Assembly (NCBI GenBank): GCA_963588075.1
Contig: CAVAGO010000001.1
Coordinates: 15,753-79,752 of the forward strand
Direction of reading: 5' to 3'
Origin: a bacterium
GTDB taxonomy: Bacteria; Bacillota_I; Bacilli_A; RF39; UBA660
DNA: 64,000 nt
Below are positions 45,816 through 55,569 of the stretch, one piece after another (positions within the stretch are counted from its first letter, which is position 1; each line of letters opens with the position of its first letter). Position numbers and translations under genes: made by a program. The notes beneath the pieces are model-generated. The model made no database searches. It saw only the letters and a program-made list of their open reading frames with translations, and was not told where the DNA came from.

Positions 45816-45818
45816 ATC

Positions 45819-46148
45819 TTAACCAATAGTATTATCAATATCTTTATAACCAACTCCAAGTTTCTTTAGAATAGGACTAACAACCCAACTCCAAAACACA
45901 GGAGCAAGAACAGCACTATTAACAAGCATAATAGCATTATCATATCCAGCAGCAATATAAATACCAGCCATAGCAGCAATACTTATAACTAATACACATC
46001 GTTTTTGCCAAGTAGGAACTTTATTATCGCCATTAAAGTAATCAATAACTTTAATAATAATATAAGTTAGAACATTAACAATAAACATAAATCCAAAATC
46101 AAAATTACTAAGGATTCCATCTACAATTACATCAATAAATTTGTCCAT
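45819..46148 (-). CDS. small membrane protein with three predicted TM segments (holin candidate)
   Basis: 109-aa ORF. FGFMFIVNVLTYIIIKVI, VLVISIAAMAGIYIAAG, LVNSAVLAPVFWSWVVSPI, and a charged C-terminus. Confidence 0.45.
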   Translation of the reverse strand: MDKFIDVIVDGILSNFDFGFMFIVNVLTYIIIKVIDYFNGDNKVPTWQKRCVLVISIAAMAGIYIAAGYDNAIMLVNSAVLAPVFWSWVVSPILKKLGVGYKDIDNTIG

Positions 46149-46160
46149 ACTAAAATTTAG

Positions 46161-46197
46161 ATAAATAAAAAAGGGAACTATCCGAAGATAATTCCCT
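46161..46197 (-). terminator. rho-independent terminator (- strand) with UUCG tetraloop
   Basis: The - strand reads aagggaattatc-ttcg-gatagttccctt followed by ttttttatttat. It lies 22 nt downstream of the stop at 46219. Confidence 0.7.
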
Positions 46198-46218
46198 TTT
46201 ACAGTTTTACAATAATGA

Positions 46219-46794
46219 TTAGTTATTCATGTGGAAATATTCCCATACTTTATCACCATCAAAATCTACATCTTTAAACCAAAATGTAATAGCACTTTCA
46301 AACACTTTATTATCTATATTACCACCAAACCATTCTTCAAACAATTTAGCATAATCATGATATTGAGCATTAATTGCAACATAAACATCACAAGGTTCAA
46401 CATCATTAGGTAATACTTCTTTATAGCGTTCACAAATCTCATGAGCTTTATTCATATCATATTTTTCACCAATATATTTCTTATTGTCTTTAACATGATA
46501 CATTTGTTCTACAACTTCTTTAGCTTCATACTCATTAAAATGATAGCCATCGTCATTATATCCACCGCTCATAAGCATAGTTAAAATCTTTTCTTCTCGG
46601 TCATTTTTATTAGTAGAGCGACCATAAGTATCGTAAGTATCATAACCAATACGATTTCTCATGCCACCTCTACCACCACGACCGCCTCGTCCTCCACGTG
46701 CATCAAGAAATTCACGAAATTCATCAAGAATATTTTGATTACCACCACGACGATTACCAACATGGTAAGGTTGAATGTAAGGCATTTCTCTCAT
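46219..46794 (-). CDS. hypothetical protein with N-terminal RGG repeats
   Basis: 191-aa ORF with DARGGRGGRGGRGGMRN near the N-terminus. Confidence 0.65.
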   Translation of the reverse strand: MREMPYIQPYHVGNRRGGNQNILDEFREFLDARGGRGGRGGRGGMRNRIGYDTYDTYGRSTNKNDREEKILTMLMSGGYNDDGYHFNEYEAKEVVEQMYHVKDNKKYIGEKYDMNKAHEICERYKEVLPNDVEPCDVYVAINAQYHDYAKLFEEWFGGNIDNKVFESAITFWFKDVDFDGDKVWEYFHMNN

Positions 46795-46798
46795 AATA

Positions 46799-47185
46799 TT
46801 ACTTTGTTTTTAAACTGATTAATGATTCTTTTAAAACTTCTAAATCAGTTTGATTAAGAGCAACAATTTTATTCACATAAGGAACTTCAAGAGATATAAT
46901 ACCTTTAGAAATATTACCGCCACCAATAAAAGGTATATCAAAATCAAAATTATCAATATTATTAATAACTTCCATTTCTTCATCAAATATACCTTCAATA
47001 TCAATCATGCCATCTTTATCTGCAATAGGTTTTAAAAACTTATCAAAACTATCAATATTATTAGTAATTGCTCTTTTAGCTAAAGGAATTAAAAGTCTTA
47101 TAGCTGGAGAACTTTCACCCATAGATACTAATTGTTTAATAATATAATCTTTAATAACCTCTTTAACATTACCAATTTCAACCAT
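46799..47185 (-). CDS. hypothetical protein, 128 aa
   Basis: Uninterrupted ORF with 4-nt spacing to each neighbour. Confidence 0.6.
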   Translation of the reverse strand: MVEIGNVKEVIKDYIIKQLVSMGESSPAIRLLIPLAKRAITNNIDSFDKFLKPIADKDGMIDIEGIFDEEMEVINNIDNFDFDIPFIGGGNISKGIISLEVPYVNKIVALNQTDLEVLKESLISLKTK

Positions 47186-47189
47186 AATA

Positions 47190-47705
47190 TTACTTCTTTA
47201 AAAATTCTTCATAAGTTAAATTAGGATTAGTTTTACTAGCTTCTTTAAAAGCTTTAAACAATTCCATTTCTTTGTTAGTAACTTCAACAATTTTACTTTT
47301 AAGTAACTTAACAAGTTTAAGTTGTTCTTCAAGTAAATGTTTACCATCTTCACTAGCTTCGATTTTTCCTCTAACTAAATTAAGAACTTCTGCTTGAACC
47401 ATACTTTGTAAAGCATTATAGTTATTTACATAATCTTGGTTACTAAGAAGCATATTTTGTTGTTCTTGTGTAAGTGGTGCAATTTCAGCATCAATAGCAT
47501 CCCAAATTCCTTGAGTTGGAACTTGCTGATTTTGAGTTGTACCATTATTTGCATTAGGAATAGCATTACGACGATAAGCTTCATTAATTGCTTGTTTTTG
47601 ACTTTGAAGAAAAGCAATTTGTTCATCAATGCTATTAGTCATTTTTTCACTAGGATATAGCAAAGGGTCACTACTACCTAGTATGAATTGATTAACAGGT
47701 ATCAT
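47190..47705 (-). CDS. hypothetical helical protein, 171 aa
   Basis: Uninterrupted ORF, Gln/Glu/Leu-rich. Confidence 0.6.
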   Translation of the reverse strand: MIPVNQFILGSSDPLLYPSEKMTNSIDEQIAFLQSQKQAINEAYRRNAIPNANNGTTQNQQVPTQGIWDAIDAEIAPLTQEQQNMLLSNQDYVNNYNALQSMVQAEVLNLVRGKIEASEDGKHLLEEQLKLVKLLKSKIVEVTNKEMELFKAFKEASKTNPNLTYEEFLKK

Positions 47706-47745
47706 ATCTCTTTCAATTTAATGTTCTTAATCAAACTTAGTAATA

Positions 47746-48507
47746 TTACTGAGCAGGAGTTCCACTAGCAGGTTGAGTAAAACCACATGGCAAACATCCA
47801 TAAGCATTACGTCCAACTAGACCTGTAACAGTAGGTTCATTCGGAAGAGTAACTACACCATAAATAACATTGCAAGTCTTTTGATTAGTATAGTTGATAC
47901 CAGCCGTAAACATTCTTTCCATTTCGCATTGGATAAGTTTATCCTGATAAGGACGAATAGCTTTAGTAACAGCCAATTCAGCTTTCAAATCAGATATTTC
48001 TTTACGGATATCATCATCAGCGTCACGAGTGTACTTGTAAAGATTAAAATGGTCAGTGTTATTTTTCTCAATAAGAGCATCAGTACGATTACGTCCATCA
48101 ATATAAACACCAAACAGTTCACTATTAAGACGTTCTCTATCTTCAAAACGTTGATTCTGTTGAGTCAAAGCCCATTGATAAAGACCACCTTGAAGAGCTA
48201 AAGTATCTTCACAAGATTTTTCCCATGCTTGAAAAGCAGTAGGAGCACCGCTTCCACTACCAGCAGTAGCACCAAGTACGTTAATATTAGTAGAACCATC
48301 TCCTAACATTCCACCACCAGCGCCACCTAATACACTAGAACGACGATTACCAAACAAAGCCCAAGCACCAAGTGCAGTACCGATAATACCAAGAGTTAAA
48401 CCTGCATTAGCCTTACCGTTTACATCACGACGATTACCACCGTCATAATTCATTCCAGCACCATTATAGCCCTCTGGAACAACTTTCACTTTTTCAATTA
48501 CTTGCAT
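47746..48507 (-). CDS. hypothetical structural protein with Gly-rich N-terminal half, 253 aa
   Basis: Uninterrupted ORF with GC-richer codon usage. LGGAGGGMLGDGS...GATAGSGSGAP. Confidence 0.65.
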   Translation of the reverse strand: MQVIEKVKVVPEGYNGAGMNYDGGNRRDVNGKANAGLTLGIIGTALGAWALFGNRRSSVLGGAGGGMLGDGSTNINVLGATAGSGSGAPTAFQAWEKSCEDTLALQGGLYQWALTQQNQRFEDRERLNSELFGVYIDGRNRTDALIEKNNTDHFNLYKYTRDADDDIRKEISDLKAELAVTKAIRPYQDKLIQCEMERMFTAGINYTNQKTCNVIYGVVTLPNEPTVTGLVGRNAYGCLPCGFTQPASGTPAQ

Positions 48508-48611
48508 AATAAATTAAGGTTTAAGTTAAAAAAATAGATTAATACTTGTAGTTTGAACTACATAATCTATAACACTTAAACCGTTATCTTTGTTTGGTCA
48601 TTAACATTAAT

Positions 48612-49718
48612 TTAACTTTCAATAGGACTATATATTGTCAATTCACCAATTTTGTTAAGTTTAGTATATTTTATTTCACCTATTGAAGTCTTACCATCAT
48701 CAGCTTTACCACCTTGTGTACCAACATAACATTGAATAGTTTGTTGTCCTCTAAATTCAGAATTACCTGCAACAAAACCAAATCTAAACTCATAGTTATC
48801 AGTATAATTATCGCTATAAATAGTGTTATCTTCATTAAGTAAAACTGTATGATATTCATACGTATAATTATCATCACTATTTATATTAAGACTTGGTTTA
48901 TTAAGAGCTATAGGATTATTATTTGTATTGGCTTGATTATTCCAAACTTTATATTTATCATTAGGTTTATTTTCATACCAACAATAACCATCGCCATGAA
49001 TAAATCCACCTCCACTACGAATTACTTTAATATTATCTAAGCCAATAACTTTATCATCAATTGGATTAATTCTAAAATATTTTACTTCATTATTAGACTT
49101 AGTTATTCTTTTAACAACTTCTCCATACCAACATTCTTTATATCCTATATTATTATCATTAGGCATATTAATTTTACCATCAGCTAAAGGAAAAATATAA
49201 TCTCCTCTAGTATTTACATCATTTTCATTATTACGTAGTTGCCAAGCTTTAACAATAACACCGCCTTTATAAGCAGTACATTCAACAGTAACATGACCTC
49301 TGCTCAAGCTTCCATACCAATTAGCACAAAGATTCATCTTCATTATATCAGGCATTTTATCTTTAAGCTCAATCATAGATTCAATATTAAACATAACACA
49401 TTCAGCACCAGATTGAGTATTATCTCCACCCCAATATAAATATGGTATTTTATTACTATACCAAGACCAACCAACAGCTACATAATTTAAACTATTAATA
49501 GGAGAATTAACATAATATGATTTAGTATCCAAATCTCGACCATCATCACTACCCCAAATATATCTAAGTTGGACACTAGTAAAATCACTAAAATGAATAA
49601 CAGAAGTAGGACAAATATGATTAGAACCATCATAAACATGAGCAATATTAGTTTGACCTACTGTTCGTTTCTTAAGAGGTTTAGCAATTCCTCCTTGACG
49701 TCCAAGAGTTAAACTCAT
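48612..49718 (-). CDS. hypothetical tail-associated protein, 368 aa
   Basis: Uninterrupted ORF whose start overlaps the stop of the upstream fibre gene. Confidence 0.7.
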   Translation of the reverse strand: MSLTLGRQGGIAKPLKKRTVGQTNIAHVYDGSNHICPTSVIHFSDFTSVQLRYIWGSDDGRDLDTKSYYVNSPINSLNYVAVGWSWYSNKIPYLYWGGDNTQSGAECVMFNIESMIELKDKMPDIMKMNLCANWYGSLSRGHVTVECTAYKGGVIVKAWQLRNNENDVNTRGDYIFPLADGKINMPNDNNIGYKECWYGEVVKRITKSNNEVKYFRINPIDDKVIGLDNIKVIRSGGGFIHGDGYCWYENKPNDKYKVWNNQANTNNNPIALNKPSLNINSDDNYTYEYHTVLLNEDNTIYSDNYTDNYEFRFGFVAGNSEFRGQQTIQCYVGTQGGKADDGKTSIGEIKYTKLNKIGELTIYSPIES

Positions 49719-51403
49719 TATTCATCAATAATATTATAAGTCATTCCAGCAACCGGGGTAATAGTTGCATATTGGGTAGCAGTTCCTGTCCAAATTGGAA
49801 GACTAAGTTTATTATTATTTGCACTAGGCATAGTCATATTAACTCCACATCCATCATTAATAGCTTTTTGAATTTTATCAAGATTAACACTATTAGTAAT
49901 AGTTTGATTTATTTCTTCTTTAAAGTTATTAAATGTATCATTAGTAACATACCCATTAAGTAAATTATTAACTTCTTCTTTATTATAAGTTTCAGATTTA
50001 GTATAATAATTTTTAAGTAAGTTATTAATTTCTTGTTTAGTATAACTATCAAATGAAGAAGTATCCCCCATTACTCTCCATTCATTACCATTCCAATAAC
50101 AAATCTTTCCATTACGATATTCAATCTGACCTTTAGCCCAATTACTACAAGTTACATTAGGAAGATATTCAGACTCTTGACCTATCATACCAGCAAGTTT
50201 ACAACCGTTTAAATCAATAGTACCATTTTCAATAATACCACCTTCAAATACAAGTTCACAACCAACAGGCATTGTAATAGTTTTACCACTTAAATCAAAA
50301 GCATAACGAATAATATAACGAGTATTTTCTTCGTTAAGCATATCTTGAGTAAGAACAGCTTTATAATTAAGATAAATATTATTCTTAACTTGAACTAAAG
50401 TTTCTTCATTAAAATAATATTTAATATTATCTACTGAATTAACATATATAATACCAAGTCTTGGACGTTCATCAGAAAGACAAGTATTATAAATATTATA
50501 ATCTTCACTATTTCCATAAACAGGAGTGTTGACCCCCCGTAGAGGATGAACTCTATCAGTAGGTTCTACAATAGTCCATCTAGTATAATAATTATAAAAA
50601 CCAACTCCATCATGAATAGTCTTAACTCTAAGAACAAATAATTTATGATAAGTATCATAATAAATACCAGCAGTATTACCTAAATCTGTTCTAATAACTT
50701 CATATTTATCAGTATTAAGAATTATTTGACCATATTGTTCACAATAAGTATCATCAAGAAAACCATCAAATAAAAGCTGTTCTGCATTACTTGCATCATC
50801 CTCCACGGGGAGTAAGACCTTGCGAACTATTTTATATCCTTTACCACTTTTATATTCAGGCTCATAAGGTCTATCTTTAAGACTAAGACGATTAACATTA
50901 CAACAACCAGGACTTAATCTAAGAGTAATATCTTCTTCGTCAGGATAATTAATAATATTAACTTTACCATTTCCTGCAATCATTTGTTTAAGAGCTTCAT
51001 TAAGCATATTCCAATCAATAGTTCCATCAGCAATTGGAATCTTAGCACCATTCTCTTCAAGATACTTCTCACTAAGAATTTTAGTCCAATTATCATCAGA
51101 AACCCAACTAGTTTCAACTCCAGCTTGAAGATTACTACCTATATAACTTTCAGTTATAGATAGATTATGTTCAGCATCATAATAACTAATAGTAAGACTA
51201 TTACGTCTAAATATAGCAGGTACAGCTTTACGAGTGTTAACTCTAGTTCCTTGATATGGAATCCATAAATGATTAAACCTAGATAGAACAACAGTTAAAT
51301 TATTGTTTGTATCTTTATCAAGAATATTTTGAAGATAAGTAATAGGAAATACTTTATCATAATTATTCTGACTTAGTTTTTCATATAATTGTTTATCATT
51401 CAT
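49718..51403 (-). CDS. tail fibre/spike-like protein
   Basis: The C-terminus LPIWTGTATQYATITPVAGMTYNIIDE shares a W.GTATQYA.I...TY.I tail with the 54741..55517 product. Heptad-like YTKQEINNLLKNYYTKSETYNKEEVNNLL. The ATG at 51401-51403 (MNDKQLYEKL) is preferred over 51499. Confidence 0.65.
   Translation of the reverse strand: MNDKQLYEKLSQNNYDKVFPITYLQNILDKDTNNNLTVVLSRFNHLWIPYQGTRVNTRKAVPAIFRRNSLTISYYDAEHNLSITESYIGSNLQAGVETSWVSDDNWTKILSEKYLEENGAKIPIADGTIDWNMLNEALKQMIAGNGKVNIINYPDEEDITLRLSPGCCNVNRLSLKDRPYEPEYKSGKGYKIVRKVLLPVEDDASNAEQLLFDGFLDDTYCEQYGQIILNTDKYEVIRTDLGNTAGIYYDTYHKLFVLRVKTIHDGVGFYNYYTRWTIVEPTDRVHPLRGVNTPVYGNSEDYNIYNTCLSDERPRLGIIYVNSVDNIKYYFNEETLVQVKNNIYLNYKAVLTQDMLNEENTRYIIRYAFDLSGKTITMPVGCELVFEGGIIENGTIDLNGCKLAGMIGQESEYLPNVTCSNWAKGQIEYRNGKICYWNGNEWRVMGDTSSFDSYTKQEINNLLKNYYTKSETYNKEEVNNLLNGYVTNDTFNNFKEEINQTITNSVNLDKIQKAINDGCGVNMTMPSANNNKLSLPIWTGTATQYATITPVAGMTYNIIDE
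50528..50551 (+). repeat. GC-motif copy, A-type
   Basis: gttgaccccccgtagaggatgaac, read as VHPLRGVNT. Confidence 0.9.
50794..50816 (-). repeat. GC-motif copy, G-type
   Basis: catcatcctccacggggagtaag, read as LLPVEDDA. Confidence 0.9.
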
Positions 51404-51485
51404 AGCTATATAATTAATTTGAATAATTTTAATAAGTAAATAAACAATATAGTTATCACTAACATTGTTATATTGAATAATATTT

Positions 51486-54400
51486 TCATCGTGCTTCAAC
51501 TAGAACTCTTATATTAAATACTATATTATTAGAAGTCATAGTAAATTGACATAGTATAGTAAAACCGGAAACAGTAGTATTAGAATTAACACCAATAATA
51601 GTGCCGTTATTACTTATACTAATACCACTAACTGTACTATAATTACTTAAACTACAGTTATATTTATCACCGCTACCATCTTCATGTTCAAACCAAAATT
51701 GTAATTTACCAGAATAAAATGTACTAACATTAGTAGGAATATATACATAAACACTAACAGGACTACTAATAATATTATTATAAGTTGTTTCTCCATCATA
51801 TATAGTATCTACATTCATACTATTTATATAAATAGGTAATGCAACATTAATAGTAGTAAACTTATTATTTTGTATGCAAAAACGACCAACTACAGGACTA
51901 CCTTGTTGAGTACCTCTAGTAGTATTATTTTGTGAACCTAGCCATCTCCATTCAACATACCATGTTCTACTACTAGTAGAAGAATTAGATAAAACTTGTA
52001 TTCCAAAAGCTATCATATTATCACCTACTGTACTGTCATTACCAACTAGTACATCACAATTAACTTTACTAATAGTTACAATATCACTGGCAGTATAATA
52101 TTTATAAGTAGTACCACCACTTCCTTCTACTCCATTCCAAGTATATTTTTGAGTAGTATATATCTTATAATATACATATATTAATTCTCCATCTGAAGAT
52201 ATATCTTTATCAACTTCACATATATTAGGATAAGTAGTACTATCAATACCGATATCTGGACCAGTTCCATAATATGTAGTATGATATATTACATTTTGAT
52301 AAACTAAACTACCAGCAGATTGAGTAATAGTAATATCTTTAGTAGCACTATCTATAGTAGCTCTAAATACCGAACTACGAGAATTAGTAGAAGTATTATT
52401 ACCATAATTAACAGTTTTACTATTTAATGTTGCAGCTCCACTAACTTTACTTAATGTAGGAGTACCACTATCTTGTTCTGTATAAGTTGTTCCTGTACCA
52501 TTCCATTGCCAAGTTCTACTTCTAGTAGCAGATGTAGATAATGTAGAATTACCGCCAGCAGCAGCTATAGTTGTAGGATTAGCAGTTAAAGTAATATTCC
52601 ATGCTCCCCAATTACTATAAGTTTTACTACCAGCAGATTGAGTAACATCACAATAATTAGAAGAACCACCATAAGAAGCAGTAACTCTAGTAGTCCTAGA
52701 ACTAGTAGAAGTATTATTACCATAACTTAATGTAGTTCCACTTAAAGAACCACTACCACTAGCACTTAATGTAGGAGTGCCACTTTCGCTTTCTGTTCCA
52801 CCTGAACCACTAACTCCATTCCATGTCCAACTTCTACTTCTAGAAGCACCACTATAAATAGTAACAGAACCACCAGATGCAGAAACTGTAAAACTACTAG
52901 CATTACAATATACACTCCATATTGACCAACTTCCATATACTTTACTACCAGCAGATTGAGTAAAAGTAGTATCAACATATTCAGTATCCATAGTAGCACG
53001 AACAACTGTAGATTTACTACTAGTTGTTGTATTATTACCATAACTAACAGTAGCTGTTGTACCACTTACACTAAAACTACCATCACCGCTCTGTTTAGTC
53101 AAAGTTGGAGTACCAGTTCCTTGTTCAGTATAACTTGTTCCTGTTCCATTCCAAGTATATGACCTAGTACGTATAGCAGTAGGAGCACTAACAGTACCAC
53201 TACCACCAGATGCAGCAATAGTAGTTCCACTTGAACTTTTATTAATAGTCCATTTAGACCAACTACCATAAACTTTACTTCCAGCACTCTGACTAATTGT
53301 AATAGACTTAGTAACACCTGAATGGGTAGCAGTAATATTTATACTTCTACTGTTTGTTGATTCATTATTACTAGCAGTAACAGTAGTACCGCTTAAAGTA
53401 AAACCTGTAGCTGTTCCACTAAGCGTTGGTGTAGCAGTTTCTGTATCAGTATGTGTAGTACCAACTCCATTCCAAGTCCAAGTTCTAGAACGACTAGCAC
53501 TAGTAGTTATTGTTGATGTTCCCCCACTTGCGCCTATCGTTTGCGTGCTTGCCGAGATAGAAACAGTCCAAGCAGACCACGCTGAATACACTTTTGCGCC
53601 TGCCTGCTGCGTTATCGTAACCGTTTTGGACAATCCTACATAACTAGCAGTAACTGTCGCTGAACGGGCTGAAATGCTCTCATTTGATGTAAATTTTATT
53701 TGATTTCCACTAAGACTAGCACTACCACTAATACTAAGAGTAGGAGTAGCAGTTTCACTATAAACAGTACCAGTGTTATTCCATTTATAAGTTCTACGAG
53801 CAATATTAGCTGTAATAGTTCTAGTACCGCCTTTAGCTTCAACACTAGTTCCATCAGTTTGTAAATCTAGTACCCAATCAGTATAAACTTTAGCACCAGC
53901 AGCTTGATTTAAAGCAGCACTAACTTCTTTAGTTTGTTTATTTTCTAAAGTAAATATAACAGTTAAAGTTCCACTTTTAGTATTAGTAGATTCATTATTA
54001 GGTATAGTTAATACATTATTACTTATACTACCTAAAGTAGTAGAACTAGTAAAACTAGCAGTAAGGTTAACAACAGTTTCAATCCAAGTTCCAGCATAAG
54101 TAGAACCCTTGGTTATACTCCCCGTGGAGGATGCATAGTCAGTTCGTGTATAAGCAGTCTTAACAGAACTAGTAGAAAGTTTTAAATCATAACTACCACC
54201 AGTTGCGGCTATACTACTATCTACTACTTTTAATCCACTAGTATTATATGTACTTGCTTTACTACCACTAAATGTAACTGTATAACTATCTTTAGCTACT
54301 GCATCATCTATTTGAACAACTAATTTACCATTAGTTATAACTCCTTTTTCTACTCCATCAAATAAAACTTTAACTCCATCTGTAGGAAAAGTAACAGTAT

Positions 54401-54737
54401 AAGATACATATTCTGTATTCCATACTAGTTCTACATTATGAGTTATAGGTAAATAACCACTATTACCTGTAACAGTTTGTGACTGATAATGGTCAGCTTC
54501 AATAATAGCAGTATAATCAGTCTTAACAGGAATAGTAAATACAAATTTAGTATTATTTTTACTTATAACAGGAGTATAACCATCAATAGTAACAGTTCCG
54601 GAAACATTTAAATTAAAAGTAATAGTAACATTAGTATTTTCAGGATAAACAAGTTTAGTACCTTGATATATTTCAAATACATTTATATTACCAACTTTAA
54701 TATCATGTATTCCAATATCTCCTTGATATATAGCCAT
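51486..54737 (-). CDS. tail-associated protein with 5-6 tandem BACON-like (Ig-like) ~105-aa repeats, 1083 aa
   Basis: The repeat unit is AG(A/S)KVY..WS.W.....S..T..ASGG..T......RSR.W.WNG.G....E..TPTLS...G..LSG....YGNN.ST.SRS..V.A......ITQS (about 52330-53910). This matches the BACON-domain pattern reported for prototypical crAssphage (from memory). Confidence 0.75.
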   Translation of the reverse strand: MAIYQGDIGIHDIKVGNINVFEIYQGTKLVYPENTNVTITFNLNVSGTVTIDGYTPVISKNNTKFVFTIPVKTDYTAIIEADHYQSQTVTGNSGYLPITHNVELVWNTEYVSYTVTFPTDGVKVLFDGVEKGVITNGKLVVQIDDAVAKDSYTVTFSGSKASTYNTSGLKVVDSSIAATGGSYDLKLSTSSVKTAYTRTDYASSTGSITKGSTYAGTWIETVVNLTASFTSSTTLGSISNNVLTIPNNESTNTKSGTLTVIFTLENKQTKEVSAALNQAAGAKVYTDWVLDLQTDGTSVEAKGGTRTITANIARRTYKWNNTGTVYSETATPTLSISGSASLSGNQIKFTSNESISARSATVTASYVGLSKTVTITQQAGAKVYSAWSAWTVSISASTQTIGASGGTSTITTSASRSRTWTWNGVGTTHTDTETATPTLSGTATGFTLSGTTVTASNNESTNSRSINITATHSGVTKSITISQSAGSKVYGSWSKWTINKSSSGTTIAASGGSGTVSAPTAIRTRSYTWNGTGTSYTEQGTGTPTLTKQSGDGSFSVSGTTATVSYGNNTTTSSKSTVVRATMDTEYVDTTFTQSAGSKVYGSWSIWSVYCNASSFTVSASGGSVTIYSGASRSRSWTWNGVSGSGGTESESGTPTLSASGSGSLSGTTLSYGNNTSTSSRTTRVTASYGGSSNYCDVTQSAGSKTYSNWGAWNITLTANPTTIAAAGGNSTLSTSATRSRTWQWNGTGTTYTEQDSGTPTLSKVSGAATLNSKTVNYGNNTSTNSRSSVFRATIDSATKDITITQSAGSLVYQNVIYHTTYYGTGPDIGIDSTTYPNICEVDKDISSDGELIYVYYKIYTTQKYTWNGVEGSGGTTYKYYTASDIVTISKVNCDVLVGNDSTVGDNMIAFGIQVLSNSSTSSRTWYVEWRWLGSQNNTTRGTQQGSPVVGRFCIQNNKFTTINVALPIYINSMNVDTIYDGETTYNNIISSPVSVYVYIPTNVSTFYSGKLQFWFEHEDGSGDKYNCSLSNYSTVSGISISNNGTIIGVNSNTTVSGFTILCQFTMTSNNIVFNIRVLVEAR
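54113..54134 (+). repeat. GC-motif copy, G-type with C-run on + strand
   Basis: ttatactccccgtggaggatgc, read as ASSTGSIT. Confidence 0.9.
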
Positions 54738-54740
54738 AAC

Positions 54741-55517
54741 TTAAGCATCTGATTTAACTATATAAGTAGTATTGGCATCTTTTTCTGCAATAGCAGCATA
54801 CTGAGTAGCAGTTCCTACCCATATTTTAGGATTAACAATAGGTTCAACAGTAAGAGCAGACAATCTATAAAGAGTTTGGTCAATTACTTGAATAGTATTA
54901 TAAGTATAAGCTCCTGTATTATCAATAGTAACATGCCCTATATACGTATCTGCATCCCATACTATTACAACTACACTACCACTAATTCTAACACTATATT
55001 TTCCGTTATCATCATAAAATATAGAATTAGGTTTATTAATAGCAGAAGTAAATCCATCAAAATTAATAAATATAGAATTTATAGCAGTTAATACTTCTCC
55101 ATTAGTAGCACTATTAAGTATTTTAGTAATTATAGTTCCAATATTATAACTTTTAATAAACGAAAGTTTACTTATAAATGTATTAGTATTAATAGTTTTA
55201 GTTCCTGCATTTTTATCCCATGATAAAATAATTTTTTCAATATTATTATTATAATAATAAGTAACATCACACCTGATATATTCTCTATTTACAATAATCT
55301 CATAAAAATTAATTCTACTATTATAACTATCAATAGCAATAATACCTCCACCTTTTAATAATATTTCTCTTACTTCATCAAAAGTTTTATCACAAGTAAA
55401 TTCTTTTTCTCCATAAGTATATATATCATCAGAAACAGTAACAACTGCACTGTAAACAGGAATAAATTCTTTAGGAGTATCTTTTCTTTCATATAATTGT
55501 TGATTAATATCTTGCAT
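54741..55517 (-). CDS. tail fibre-associated protein, 258 aa
   Basis: The C-terminus KIWVGTATQYAAIAEKDANTTYIVKSDA is shared with the 49718..51403 product. Confidence 0.65.
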   Translation of the reverse strand: MQDINQQLYERKDTPKEFIPVYSAVVTVSDDIYTYGEKEFTCDKTFDEVREILLKGGGIIAIDSYNSRINFYEIIVNREYIRCDVTYYYNNNIEKIILSWDKNAGTKTINTNTFISKLSFIKSYNIGTIITKILNSATNGEVLTAINSIFINFDGFTSAINKPNSIFYDDNGKYSVRISGSVVVIVWDADTYIGHVTIDNTGAYTYNTIQVIDQTLYRLSALTVEPIVNPKIWVGTATQYAAIAEKDANTTYIVKSDA

Positions 55518-55569
55518 AATTTTATAAACTTTAAATGGTGATGCTTATTCAGCACCACCATAATTAATA

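Noticed and set aside
46655-46710. RGG-repeat coding tract (cgtggaggacgaggcggtcgtggtggtagaggtgg on the - strand) resembling the G-type motif core CGTGGAGGA
   Set aside because: It lacks the CCCC run and the GATGG tail. The similarity is what any Arg-Gly-Gly repeat using CGT/GGA codons would give. I did not count it as a family member, though a distant origin cannot be excluded.
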